From the NCBI GenBank assembly GCA_030141605.1, contig JAQGDQ010000118.1, positions 496,001 through 560,000 of the forward strand: a DNA stretch of 64,000 bases, written 5' to 3'. Of the stretch, positions 52,206 to 64,000 are shown one piece after another. Position 1 is the first letter of the stretch, and each line of letters begins with the position of its first letter. Under the pieces are notes generated by a model, which was not told the origin of the DNA, did not search any database, and saw nothing but the letters and a program-made list of their open reading frames with translations. Position numbers and translations under genes: made by a program. The stretch is from Tubiluchus corallicola. Taxonomy: Eukaryota > Animalia > Priapulida.

Positions 52206-52601
52206 GTAATTATCATTTAATCTAAGCTTTGATTTTAAAAAAGCTATTATAGTTTTCAATATTTTAGAGCATTCTTTACTCTGAACTAAAAAGGGAATAT
52301 GTTTTGGCAGAAGCGATTCAAGAGAGTCTTCGTGCTCGTACAGAATTATTTGAAAACTGTATAGGTTGAGTTTGATAAAACTTTGATTTATAAGTTTATA
52401 AGTTTATTTATTTCCACTCTGTATGTAACAGTTATAATAAAAATACAGATAACTTCAATGAAGTAAATATAAATGCAATATTATCCAGAAATTACAAAAG
52501 AGATTCTTATGCAGCATATACATATGCAGCAAATTACATTACAGAATAATTTTGATGCATACAGTTTGAGCCTAAAAGCATAGCTTGACAGGCCAAACTG
52601 T

Positions 52602-53005
52602 CTGTAGCGGATAGCCCTACAGGCTGAATAGGCTGAAGCCTAAGGCTCGTGATCAAAAGGGGCCCGGCAAAATAAAACGAAAAAAATTTTTTTTTGTAAA
52701 AAAAAATAAATTGACAAAAGAGCAAGGGGCCCGCCAAAATAAAATATAGAAAAAAGTTTTTTTTTCAAAAGTCAGTCACTATATTTCTAATCGGGTTTAC
52801 ACAATTCACGTTTACACAGTTTAAGTTTAAGTTCAAAATTTCAGTTTCCGAATTTTTCTGGGGGCAAAGTCAGTTATAATTTCTGAAAAGTCCATTTTTT
52901 TCAACATATCTGACACAAAAACACGTCAGCTCAGCAGTGTAGCAACATCTAAAAGGCCCGTTCCAAGCTCAAGCCTAAGGCCCATAAAATCATAATCCGC
53001 CGCTG
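52602..53005. mobile_element. hAT-type MITE
   Basis: ctgtagcggat / atccgccgctg ends; perfect 8-bp TSD caaactgt. Confidence 0.75.
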
Positions 53006-53900
53006 CAAACTGTACGTGAAAATCTTAAAGAAGTGATTAATAATTGAAATAATGATGATATATACATAAAAGTGGAGGGGGGAGTAGTGAATGAAAGATG
53101 AAATGGAGCGAGAACTAGGAAAAACTGTGATCATGATTATAAAGTGTTCAGTAACCTGTTGAGCATAGTCACGTTATATTAAGATTACCGTGGAAAAAGA
53201 ATGCAGGTGATTACCATTATCAAACTGTGTTACTCTCAATACTTTTGAAATATTTCTGTTCTGACGGTTTTTTTAAAAGTTGAAAGGGAGTGACTACATT
53301 TTGAATTGCGGCTTAGTCTATTCCATAGGACTGGTCCCATATAGGGTGATGCATTAACATGCAAAACCATGAACTGAAAACATCAGAACTTCTGCTGAAC
53401 TTTCACACAAAAAGCGATTCTGAAATTAGATTGAAGCTACACAAGATCAAAACTGCAATGAATTCATTGAAATACTTGTACAGAAAATTTCTGTGTAGAC
53501 CTAATGTTAGTGTGTACTACAGCGCTAGTGTGTGTTTTTATTCTGAGTTTAAAGTTCTCTGCTAAAAATCGCTAATTGAAATTTATTATGTTTTCAGGGC
53601 TAAGATTTCACTGAATACTCAGCGTAGGGGGAGTCAGCTTATGTACAATTGTACATAGGAGAAAATTATGTGGTTACCTTGCTGTTGGGTGCTGAAAATC
53701 TAGATTTTTGTGCTCTTAAGAGTTCGGCTCTTTCACGGCAAAAACATACGGTAACTTATTACACGATTTATCTAGAAAGAGTAGGATGATGGAGATTTTT
53801 GTTTGCTAGTGTAACAAGCAGAACTGTAGAAAAAAATAAAATGCAAAAAAGGAAACTGTTTGGGGAATTTGATTAATGTGGCGATCGTTCTGCCGTAAAG

Positions 53901-55145
53901 ATGGACTTTAATATTTCATTAACTAGAATTATCAATGAATCATTTGAGATGCTCACCACAATGGAAGCAACCACAGCACCTCCGCTCACCACAATGGAAG
54001 CAACTACAGCACCTCAGCTCACAACAATGGAAGCAGCTACAGCAACTTCTGAAGCCACCACAATGAACAGGAACATCTACTGGGGGATCATTTTCCCCGT
54101 GCTTTCCGGCGTTACCTTTGCTGGTAATGTTGTCAACGTTCTGGTATTTGGATCGAAACACATGCCCGTATCGCCTTTCAACACTCTGTTGCTAGGCCTT
54201 GCGGTCACTGAAGGTCTTCAAGGTGCATGTTTCACCATTGAAAAGGTAAGAGCTGTCTACTGCTCCAGCCCCGGGTGTGACAAGGACGATGTCCAGTTCT
54301 GCTTGACCAAATTTGGAGATCTTTTCTTCTACACCGCCAACTGGATTGTAGTTTTCATCTCCGTGTTCCGCTGCATTGCCGTGTCGCTACCACTAAGACT
54401 CAAGTTTCTGTGCACTGTGTACAGAGCTCGAGTACTCATTGTTGCCAGCTTAATAGGAAACCTAATCAAAGAGTTGCCATATTGGATACAAAAATACGTG
54501 GTGTCATTTGACGAAGAGTTGATTATAATGGAACCCATCAATCAAGTGATTGGACGCGTGATTCCCTGTTTAATTGTACTCTGTTCAACTATGTTGTCAA
54601 TAGTCGTTGTTAGAAGATTACCAAATGTCTCCCTTCCAAAGTCGTGGAGGAAACAGCGTAAAACTAGAGACGAGCAAACGATGGTCAGGATGCTCTTGGT
54701 CCTATTGATTATCTTCTTTTTGACCAACGCGTACTGCGTTTTCCTGATACTTGGTCGCATCTATGGTCTGCAGTTCATAGATCCGCTATTGTTTTCCACG
54801 CCAATAGCTTTTGGGTTCAATTCTGCAATGAACGTGTTCCTGTACTTTCTCATGTCGTCACAGTTTCGTTCCGTGTTTTGCAAATACTTCCAGTGTGCAG
54901 ACGGCAAGGAAGCGGACGCATTATCAAGCAGCACCACTTCTTCGTTTGGTTCCAACTTTAGAAATTTCAGGGCAAGCTTGTTGTCACGTGTTCGGTCAAA
55001 TAGTGCCAAATGTAATGCTTCTGGTGCCCATGCTGATATCTGTAAACCGAACGGGGTGGTTGCTTTGGCCTACCGCCCCAACAGCATAAGTAGCTCTTTA
55101 AAGAGTAATGACACCTCCTTCACTACTGACCACACAAAATTCTGA
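53901..55145 (+). CDS. Rhodopsin-class 7TM GPCR, FMRFamide/sex-peptide-receptor-like orphan (intronless)
   Basis: Seven hydrophobic segments; GN in TM1, LAVTE in TM2, SVFRCIAV at the DRY position, NSAMNVFLYFLMSSQFR at NPxxY/helix 8; Thr-rich N-terminal repeats. Confidence 0.9.
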   Translation: MDFNISLTRIINESFEMLTTMEATTAPPLTTMEATTAPQLTTMEAATATSEATTMNRNIYWGIIFPVLSGVTFAGNVVNVLVFGSKHMPVSPFNTLLLGLAVTEGLQGACFTIEKVRAVYCSSPGCDKDDVQFCLTKFGDLFFYTANWIVVFISVFRCIAVSLPLRLKFLCTVYRARVLIVASLIGNLIKELPYWIQKYVVSFDEELIIMEPINQVIGRVIPCLIVLCSTMLSIVVVRRLPNVSLPKSWRKQRKTRDEQTMVRMLLVLLIIFFLTNAYCVFLILGRIYGLQFIDPLLFSTPIAFGFNSAMNVFLYFLMSSQFRSVFCKYFQCADGKEADALSSSTTSSFGSNFRNFRASLLSRVRSNSAKCNASGAHADICKPNGVVALAYRPNSISSSLKSNDTSFTTDHTKF

Positions 55146-55509
55146 ATGATTTAGTAGAATGAAATATCTTTCAAATCGAAAATCAAAAATGGAAAAACCG
55201 GAATTTGATCAACTGCCACTTGAGCCAGAAGTAGCAATGAGAATGGCAATGCTGTTGTGTGGCACTGGTGCAAGCCGGTATAATAAATATCATTCAGCGA
55301 TGTTAAACTGCATCGAACTAATATATACTAAAGTTTGCCGATACAATTTATGGCAAAAAAGTGTATTTTCATCCATCATCCATACATAGACATTTGCTGT
55401 ATCGTATAAATTGTTTGAACGAATATATGTTTTATGCGATAAACATGCCGTCAATGTGTATACTTTTGTACTAATTATTATACAGCAGTAACTTGTGGCT
55501 AGTTTTTAT

Positions 55510-55873
55510 TAGGGGTGAGCATTCTCTACCAGAAAGCGAATTCGAATCCAACCGAACTTCAGTGTTTCGAATTCGAATTGAGATCGAAAGATTTTCGAAC
55601 AAGTTTTCGAACCACCAGCAAAAATTAGTCTTACAAAGATCATGCATATCACTAGATTTCGTTGTGCAGTAAAACGACTAGTAATTTGTTTAAAGTTGTG
55701 CGCAGAAATCACAGCTAAATTGTGCTAATTTCATGATGTTTCAATCGTTTTAGTGATAAAGAGCATACGTGATTGAAGTGCTGAATTATTCGAATCTATA
55801 GTTTTGGATTCGAATCGAGTTCGAACTAAAAAACTCGTTCGAATCGAATTCGAACGTTCGATGCTCACCCCTA
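55510..55873. mobile_element. hAT-type MITE family C
   Basis: Same TIRs and TTCGAA-rich body as the 39862 copy; TSD degenerate. Confidence 0.8.
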
Positions 55874-58046
55874 GACTTTCTTAACTACAACAATGATTAA
55901 TAAACTGATTATGCAGTCAGGGCCGGGTTATGACTTTTTAGGGCCCCTAGGCTAATGAAATTATTGGCTCCCGCAGATGGAGCCACTCTTTCACCCTTCA
56001 AATCTTGGATAGTTTTACTCGTGACATATTTTCGCGATATTTTCATTGCTTAAAGTAAACTTATTGCAACTTCTTTAACTAAACTAGAAAAGCTATCTTT
56101 CATTTGTTATTAAAGATATTATTACAAATCATAATGTTTTAAGAAATAAGATCATTATTTATTGCAAACCAAATTGACACATATTTCAACACAACCGTAG
56201 CGAAAACCGATTTTTTTAACCAAATGTTACGAATTACAGCTTCGGGGCTCAAGACCTGTACTAGCTAATAGAATAATCATTCATTCGCCCTGCATGCCGT
56301 ATGACCCCACGTTATAGTAAGTTAATTCAGTAATGTCAGGTATCCATTCATTTAGGTATTCGCTAATTCAGATGTCAGGTGTGTTTGTGAGTTCAATTTT
56401 CATTTTGTTTTCTTAATAGGTAATTTTATTCTCAATTCTCAATTGGTAATGTTCTCTTATTCTAGTTTTTAATTCAGCCTCTTCATGCTTTTTGTACCCT
56501 TCATTTTACTGACATTGACACATTTACTTTACCTGTAGTTCCATCTGTATTTTTTTATTATTGTATTTTCTTGTGCAGCTGATGAAGTCCGAGGAGAGGA
56601 CAAAAGCTCTTAAAGAAAAAACAAAGAATTTTTGAGATTTATGGGCATTTTAACTTCTTCCCTTGCGGTTATGGCAAGTCTCGGAAAAGCACTATTTTAT
56701 TTTCAAGCTAAATTAACTTGTGTTAATGTTTTAGACTGTAAATAATATAATTATCCGTTAGCAACATTGTTGTAGCATAGCATGTTGATGGTAACTCAAA
56801 AAACTATCCTCAGTAGTTAGTCATTAGTTTTTGTTTAGAATCCACTATTTTACAATTAATGATAGTGAAGTGGGAATATTCCTGCTTATCGCAGCCAATC
56901 CTGGTAACTAAAACAACGGCTTACTTTCGCATTTAAAATAATGAGGCATTAAAACAATTAAAACAATAAAACAATTAAACCAAATCTTTTTTGCTACAAC
57001 CGTGTACGAGTTTCATTATTTCTTTTTATATAAACATATTATATTTTTCATAACCTTTGGTATACAGGAAAAGCTTGATTAACATACCTCAGGAATGTGT
57101 AGGTACTCTAATAATACAGTGCTGGGACATTTACATTCAGGTGTCCACATTTTAACAGTGACAGTGCATCAGCTACAGCCATATAAAATTTATTTAATAT
57201 ATTTTACATATAAATTGTACATTTAATCTGTAATACATTAATTATACACTAAAATGTCACTAATTATACATTAATTATATATTTAATCTGTAATACATTA
57301 TTTATACATATAACTGCCATTACTGAATCGATTTGCATGTTATAAATTCCTTCGTTATATCAAAAATAGTTTTATTTTGGTCAAAATTAAAAAGTAATTT
57401 ACCGTGTAATACAATATGAATTTAGTTTCGATGCTTTATTCATTAAATCATGGTTTACTCACCACGAAGCTGAGTTACGAAGGTGAGTTATTAGATACTT
57501 AGTTTAATGTTGGAATGGTATTAATGGAGCTAATAATAATGATGACATTTTTGTAAAATTACATTTGTAAATTGTCAAGGACTACCCATCATTATTGTAA
57601 AGTTACTTCTTTTTCTGAAACAAATTTAGTTTTATGTTTCATTATGTCATAATTCCCAATTCTTGACAGATATTGCTAGTGCCTTATCTGGGCTGCCCAT
57701 ATACGACACTGTTTTCCGCAAATTTAGCTCACGCACTTTAGCGGACGTGTCCTAATTCGGCTAGTGACGTACTCCGCACCCTACAACTGCATTTTCTTTA
57801 TATTCATCATTATAGGGGCGTGAGAAACACTGAACGGGACAAACGTCGAAATCATTATGTTGCTTTTTGCGATTGCAACTGTCGTTGACGATTTCCCGTA
57901 ATGCCCAAACGGTACTCTAATCTTATACAGTGTTACTTGTCATAAGCACAAATTTCTTTTTTTATTAACTTTTATTCTGTATGCCCCATTTTTTATAGAT
58001 GTAACATGCATCTGACAGTTACGTCTGAGCCTTGCGTTGGAGTGCT

Positions 58047-58830
58047 CAATTCAATTCAATTATTTATTATCTCCGTTAGAACGATAAAAATACAGTATAA
58101 AGAATACATGGAATATTTTGAAGCAAGGGAGAAGGGCAGCGAAGAACCCGTAGGTTATCAAGTCAGCCACCCTTAAATAGTTATGATTAAATAAACTTAA
58201 TTATGGCGTCGTTATCAATTTGAATTTGTATTCAGTTGATGTGTGTTAATTTGGCAATTGAATGATAGGTATCGTAATACTGTAGAACATATAGTTTAAA
58301 TAACGAAAGATTTACAATTCTAAAATACTATAAATCATGCGAAGCAAACACAATAAAAATAACTTGAGATTTTTAAGATAACAGAGTATGCATAATTTGA
58401 GCATTAACTAAAAAATCCGGCAAAAACAAAAAACAGTAAAATGATCAACCAAAGCTGTCGAGAAAAAATATAATAGATTAAACCAAGGAAAAATAAGGCA
58501 AATATAAATCATACAAAACAAAACAAGAAACAGAAGCAAATAAGAAAAACAAAACTGAAATGTTGTAATAATAACATCAATGACTGAATTTGTTGAGAAA
58601 GAAAATATAATAAATTAAACCATCGAAAAACTACTTCAACTGTAAATCAGACAAAATGAAATCAAAATATAACAAAAACTTAAACAAAATCTTTAAGTGT
58701 CGTAGCAATGAAAAAAATATGTATAGTATTACAAGTATATAAGCAAAATATACTTGGAACATGTGTTTTCCAAGTAATTCTACTATCTATAAATATACCA
58801 AGATATTTGATTAGTGGAAGGTTTATTTTC
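58047..58830 (-). mobile_element. Decayed L2/CR1-group LINE remnant
   Basis: IKYLGIFIDSRITWKTHV at ~58760-58815; aataa + (attga)n tail at ~58047-58070. Confidence 0.5.
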
Positions 58831-60620
58831 TTATCAAAATACTGGAAATCTTTCGTCACTCCCTGCAATGTTACTACTATGCTATAGTGTTACTCTGTTA
58901 GATGTAACATGAATTCCACGTCCGCATTCTTCATGGTTAGCAAACTACAGATGCAGTAGTTTGTGGAGGTAGTGCTTTCTATAGTCTGCGAATATTAACA
59001 GCATTTCTATGTGTTCTATATTTCATACTAAAGTAAAGACTAGTTCTTGTCGTTTCATGCATCCAGGGGAGCTGTTGGCATGCTGTTAAAATTCTTATTC
59101 TTGTAGGTCTAATGATTGAATAACAATGACTTTGGTGTATTTTAAACATAACATCCTTTGTACGACCTGATGCGTTAACAAAATTTTGAATAAATTTGTA
59201 AAGTATGGTCATGTACTCTATCAGTGTCTTGAGTGGCTGATTCGATAACTAATGTTCTTTGCCACTCCTTCCCATTGTTTTTGTAATTTATACCTATTCT
59301 CTATGTATTATTTTTGGGATGAAAAATAAATGATTTGATTTGAGTGTGAGAGTAACGTCACTCTGCCACCATGTATCAATAGGAGCATGTGTTTAAAAAT
59401 AGGATGCAGTATTTTCAATGATCAGTTTTTTCGATCCGACTATTTTAATCAATAGGTGCATGTTTTGCCCATTTTCTCTGCTGAATATAAATGTTCATCT
59501 GGTCTGACGTAGTAATGGTGGAACTATTGACGAATGATTTGGAATTTGCTTGGAAAATTTGACATTAACAACTCCAAACCTCCAGCAATAATAAGTTACG
59601 GCTGCTTTGAAACTTAACAGATAAGCCACTTTTGGAGCTTTGAACCATTAATTTAAAGTCACTTTTATTACTAAAACTCCAAGTCAACATCTAGGCACCA
59701 AATTCTAATAATATGAAAATGAAAGCTATTAAAACTAACAAAATAATGTCAAAAGAACTGTCACTTAACTTTGAAAATTTTGGTCTTCCTAAAACTGTTG
59801 AATTTTTTGAGTTTGGTACTTTTGCTGTAGCTTGTACATTGTACAAGAAATGTCTAGAATTGTCCATGTACTGAGTAAACATTAGATAAAATTATTGTAT
59901 CTTGACGTATTACACATAAATAAAAATCAAATAGTTTGTGGAGTTATTTTAGCATTTAGTTATCCTAAAACTGTAGATGATAAAATACGTTTAGCATTTA
60001 TTATCAACGGCTCCATCTGTTTTTTTAGGTTTCTACTCCTCGCACAATGGATTTTCATGCAAAATTACTTCTGAAATACATTTGCTTACCTTCGACAAAT
60101 TAAAAATGGATTTTTTTAAAAAAAATTGGAAAAGCTTTCAGTAACTGGAGGTCTTGCACTATAACAATGTACAGTATCACTTGTGTGAAATCGGCAAATG
60201 CAGAAAATTTCAGCCATGTAGACTCAACACTCCAATACATTTTGGCCTCATGTCTACTCTATTTTTAAGGAGATATTTCTGTTAAAAGAAGATACGACCT
60301 TATTTTCTCCTGGCTGATCGGTTAAGTTTGCCTGGAACTCTGTACAGCATATCTCTCTTGGGCTGCAGCAAATAAGCGATCAGTAAAGCAGCGTGTACAA
60401 TCACGCAAGTGTACACCACACTAAGCTACTCAAAGTTGGAGTGTGTGAATAGGGCATGTTTTTCTTAATTTTATCCAATCAAATCACTGTGCACAATAAC
60501 AGAGAAGTCAGGTCCTATAAAACCTATTTTGAATGGTGCGGTCCTGAGGGAGTTATGCTTGAGACTATATGAACTAATGTCATTATGATCAGTGATGTTT
60601 GAATTGTTTTTATCCAGATT

Positions 60621-62489
60621 ATGAGCGCTTTTCAAAACTTTTTCATTAATAAGAAGGATTCAAGTGGGTGGACACAACTCCACTGGGCCGTTTTTCTAAA
60701 TCGAATCAGTGATGTTAAGGAATTTCTGGAAAAGGGTGCCGATACAGAAATCAGAGACAAAAAGCGCGGAAATACTGCGCTAATTTGTGCTGCTGCTCGT
60801 GGCTATACCAAAATCCTTGGTGTGCTATTAGATAATGGTGCAGATGTTACAGTGGTAAATGATGTTGGCAACACAGCATTACATGAAGCTGCCTGCAAAT
60901 ACAGTGCTACTGTTTTACACGATGCTGAAAGTGACATATTTGAAGCGAAGCGCTGCACTGTACTTGAGTTAGTGAAACATGGTATTGATATTGCCAAAAA
61001 GAATACTGACGGAAAAACCGCTGTAGAAATTTTTATTAACCAGGCAAATAACACAGGGTTCAACAAAGATTTAAGAGAGCTGATCGGGTTTTTGTTAAGA
61101 TCTTTATATGTGACCAGAAAGCTTGATGATTATTCTCCTAGTAAAGATTTGTTTTTGTCGGAACGAAGTCAGGGTATTAAAGAATGTAAATGCATTGGAG
61201 ACATCGTAACGATTCCTTCAGTTGGTCGTCTTCCTCGTACCGAAGAAAATGAAGTCATTTTAGAAAGAATTACGGCTCTGTTAAACCATGTCTGCAGAAA
61301 GATGAGGGAAACTGATGTCAGATTTGATGCAAGTCCTATTCTCGTTGGCAGTAGCTCATGTGGCATTAAGTGCGGTCTGCCAGACGAGTTTGATTTTTTC
61401 GTCGTGTTAAAAAATTTATGTGACTGCACCTTAGTTGATGGCCTTCCATCCGGTTTTGTAAAGGTGCATGTGCGTGATGAAAATAAACAAAAACTCTATG
61501 CTGAGTTTCTCGATGAAGAGTTTCTCACTATCGAAATAAAAGATTTGTTTGTTATGTTGATATGTAAGGCAATGGATGCCGCTCTTAACGACTCACAGTT
61601 TGAGGAATCACTTTGCTTAATTAATATAGAGTGGAACAAAGTCTGCACAACTTTCAAGTTTATCTATCATGGCAATCATTACAAAGCACTCTGTATTTCT
61701 CTGGATGTTTCCCCTGTATTGGAAATGCCGGAAAAACTTGGAGCCGACGCATCAGTAGAATCACTTTGTTCGGAAATTCCCTGCCATGTTGTCTGTAAGC
61801 CATACACGGATGTGTCCGATTTAACCGTCTGGACTATGTCAACAGCAGTGATGGAAAGTCAGAGAATAAAGGAGATGCCAATTTGTAAGAAACAGGTGAT
61901 GATTTTACTGAAATCATTAATGAGTGGACATTTGTACTGCCCTAGTCCAGACGTAGATATTAAGGAGCACTTGGAAGGCGAAAAATTGTATGTCAGGAAG
62001 CATCTGATAGACAAGTATCGCATCGACATTGTGAGCTTGTTTTGTGTGACAAAATTTCAACCTGGTAAATTAATCGATTCATATCTCTTGAAGACAGCTT
62101 TTCTTCATGAATCTCAGAAGTTTGCTGCTGATGAGTTTTGGGCAGCAGATAGAGTCATTGAACGGGTGTTAAGCATACTGAGTTATATCAGTGATTGTTG
62201 TAAGCAAGGATACATGCCTCACTACATTCTTAATAATGTAAATGTGCTTAGTGAGCATATACGCAAAAGCATCCTCTCTCTGCCTCACTTGATAACATTG
62301 AGTGCGGAAGCGATCTCGACACATGTTAAGAACAATACTCTGCCAACTAAAGAGGGTGTGATGACTCTGACAAGAGAGCAAATCATAGATTTAGTGAAGA
62401 AAAGTCAGCTGAGTGAAACTTGGATGGATGATGTTGCTGATCTGTGGAATTCTATTGAAGAGGTAAAATTGAACCCTTTTAATTGTTAA
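60621..62489 (+). CDS. Ankyrin-repeat cGAS-like receptor (cGLR; Mab-21 family nucleotidyltransferase)
   Basis: 3-4 ANK repeats (GWTQLHWA, GNTALICAA, GNTALHEAA); NTase motif VGSS..x..DEFD, third Asp in LDVSP; Mab-21 C-terminal SYLLKTAFLH and MPHYILNNVNVL; acceptor tttatccag ends 60617. Confidence 0.9.
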   Translation: MSAFQNFFINKKDSSGWTQLHWAVFLNRISDVKEFLEKGADTEIRDKKRGNTALICAAARGYTKILGVLLDNGADVTVVNDVGNTALHEAACKYSATVLHDAESDIFEAKRCTVLELVKHGIDIAKKNTDGKTAVEIFINQANNTGFNKDLRELIGFLLRSLYVTRKLDDYSPSKDLFLSERSQGIKECKCIGDIVTIPSVGRLPRTEENEVILERITALLNHVCRKMRETDVRFDASPILVGSSSCGIKCGLPDEFDFFVVLKNLCDCTLVDGLPSGFVKVHVRDENKQKLYAEFLDEEFLTIEIKDLFVMLICKAMDAALNDSQFEESLCLINIEWNKVCTTFKFIYHGNHYKALCISLDVSPVLEMPEKLGADASVESLCSEIPCHVVCKPYTDVSDLTVWTMSTAVMESQRIKEMPICKKQVMILLKSLMSGHLYCPSPDVDIKEHLEGEKLYVRKHLIDKYRIDIVSLFCVTKFQPGKLIDSYLLKTAFLHESQKFAADEFWAADRVIERVLSILSYISDCCKQGYMPHYILNNVNVLSEHIRKSILSLPHLITLSAEAISTHVKNNTLPTKEGVMTLTREQIIDLVKKSQLSETWMDDVADLWNSIEEVKLNPFNC

Positions 62490-63037
62490 CATCATTTACT
62501 CCTACATTTGAATTTTCATACTTTGCACTATCCATACGATATTTTAGTTTGAAATCTTGCAAGAGTTTTGGCATTTCCCTGGAAAAATACAATGTATTAA
62601 AAACAATTGGCAAAAGCCACGTCACTGTATCCTACTTGAATCCTATTTAGGCCCACTAGGCCTATATTGAATGGGTTTGTTTTTCATAATGTAGTTAGTT
62701 GCACAGCTTACTAACGTTGAGTACAGAGACATTGTTTGTTTGACAATCAAGAATATCGATTCGTTCTTTTTACTAGCATAGTGAGGCCATACCCACTGTA
62801 ATATTTTTTTATCAATATTGTAATCAGTGCAACTAATACACAAGAAATCAGACAAAACTCTTTAGCTATATGTAGGCAACACATTAAACGGGAGAAGTGC
62901 TTAGTTACTGTCAGCTTTAAAGCAAAATGTTATCAATTAATAAACTTGAGGTGTGTTTGCAGTTTGCAGTTTTTGCACCCTAAATGCAGTAGGTGAAGGG
63001 TAAGTTACATCATTGATGCTGTGCATTGGTACCACTG

Positions 63038-64000
63038 TGTTATAACCATAAATAAAAGAGAAAATGATTGGAATTGTGGCTTTATTCCAATTTAAAGAGC
63101 AGCACCATTCCAATTACAAGTTAAGGTGCACTGCTTAAAAGAATGCCAAACCAAAGTGTTGTAATAGGCATAGATGTTAATTAGTTACTCAACATAACAT
63201 TCTTCCCTCCTAAGAATTTGGGAACATTTAAAGCTACAATATCAATTATAAGTGTTATCAAATTGAACCAGACAAACAGTTCAAAGTTAACAGTATTAAC
63301 TCGGAAACTAAACAAAATTTAGTACAGTTAGTTTAAGATACTTATATAAAAGGGATTTGATAAGCAGTATACTGATTCACTGAATGTAATGTCCAATGCA
63401 TATGAATTCTAAAATTAGCAAGAGTTTGATAAAGTTACATCCAATTCAGTTCACTACAATTAATCACAATAGCGTGCTGGCATTTTCCCTTTGTTTGCTC
63501 TAGAAGACCTCCTTACAGATTCTACTTCTTCACTGTCAAGTGCAATTTCTGTAATCTCTTCCTTCCCACTAGTGAAAACTCCATCCATCTTTGTATTAAT
63601 AGTATCCTGATTTGAGACTGTTTCTGTGCGTACAACGTTATGGGAATTCACAGAAATTGCACTCCTGTGTATAATTCTGTGTATGTGATTATGATCTTGA
63701 TAAATCAATACATTATTTTGACTATTAGACATTTTATTAGCCAAAATAAAAATTTCTGCTTTTTTTCAGTCTTATAAAAAGTCGATAGGTTACGTTCAGC
63801 ACGTTAGAAGAAAGCTAGAGGATGGTAATGATAAAGAGAAGAACAACAGTTTTCACAAGTTTGATCTTCAGGAAAGTGACAGCCACCAGTTTGTTGATAT
63901 GGTAAAAGAAGAGCCTGGGGAAGTGCCGGAGAACACAAAATGCTGCCCGCCTAATAAGTGCATTTGTCAATGACAAAGGTTCTACGGACATAGCTTTTGG
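63038..64000 (-). mobile_element. 3' end of a Gypsy-like LTR element (pol tail, PPT, short LTR); continues beyond the window
   Basis: ORF 63460-63744 ends VRRSSRANKGKMPARY, typical of a pol C-terminus; PPT aggagggaagaa abuts tgttat at 63199; putative LTR ends ..ataaca at 63038 with internal AATAAA. Confidence 0.5.

Overview
AT-rich animal genomic DNA. The 5S-derived sequence and gene content suggest a lophotrochozoan invertebrate (inference). The main feature is a ~27 kb array (4.9-32 kb) of seven intact single-exon C2H2 zinc-finger ORFs, four on + and three on -, plus a decayed eighth copy the ORF track misses. All seven share a near-invariant N-terminal atypical zinc-finger module, a variable SUMO-site linker and two C-terminal fingers. 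Each is preceded 23-49 nt upstream by a splice acceptor with a non-coding leader, suggesting whole-ORF alternative last exons or trans-spliced cassettes. A C1orf74/DUF4504 gene lies inside the array. Further right are an intronless rhodopsin-class GPCR with non-canonical motifs and an ankyrin-repeat cGAS-like receptor (Mab-21 nucleotidyltransferase) with intact catalytic motifs. The rest is repeat-rich: hAT, pogo and piggyBac MITEs, solo LTRs (one inverted pair), a non-autonomous Gypsy-like element, two 5S-headed SINE3 copies, LINE fragments and micro/minisatellites. All calls were made by eye; no database searches were run.
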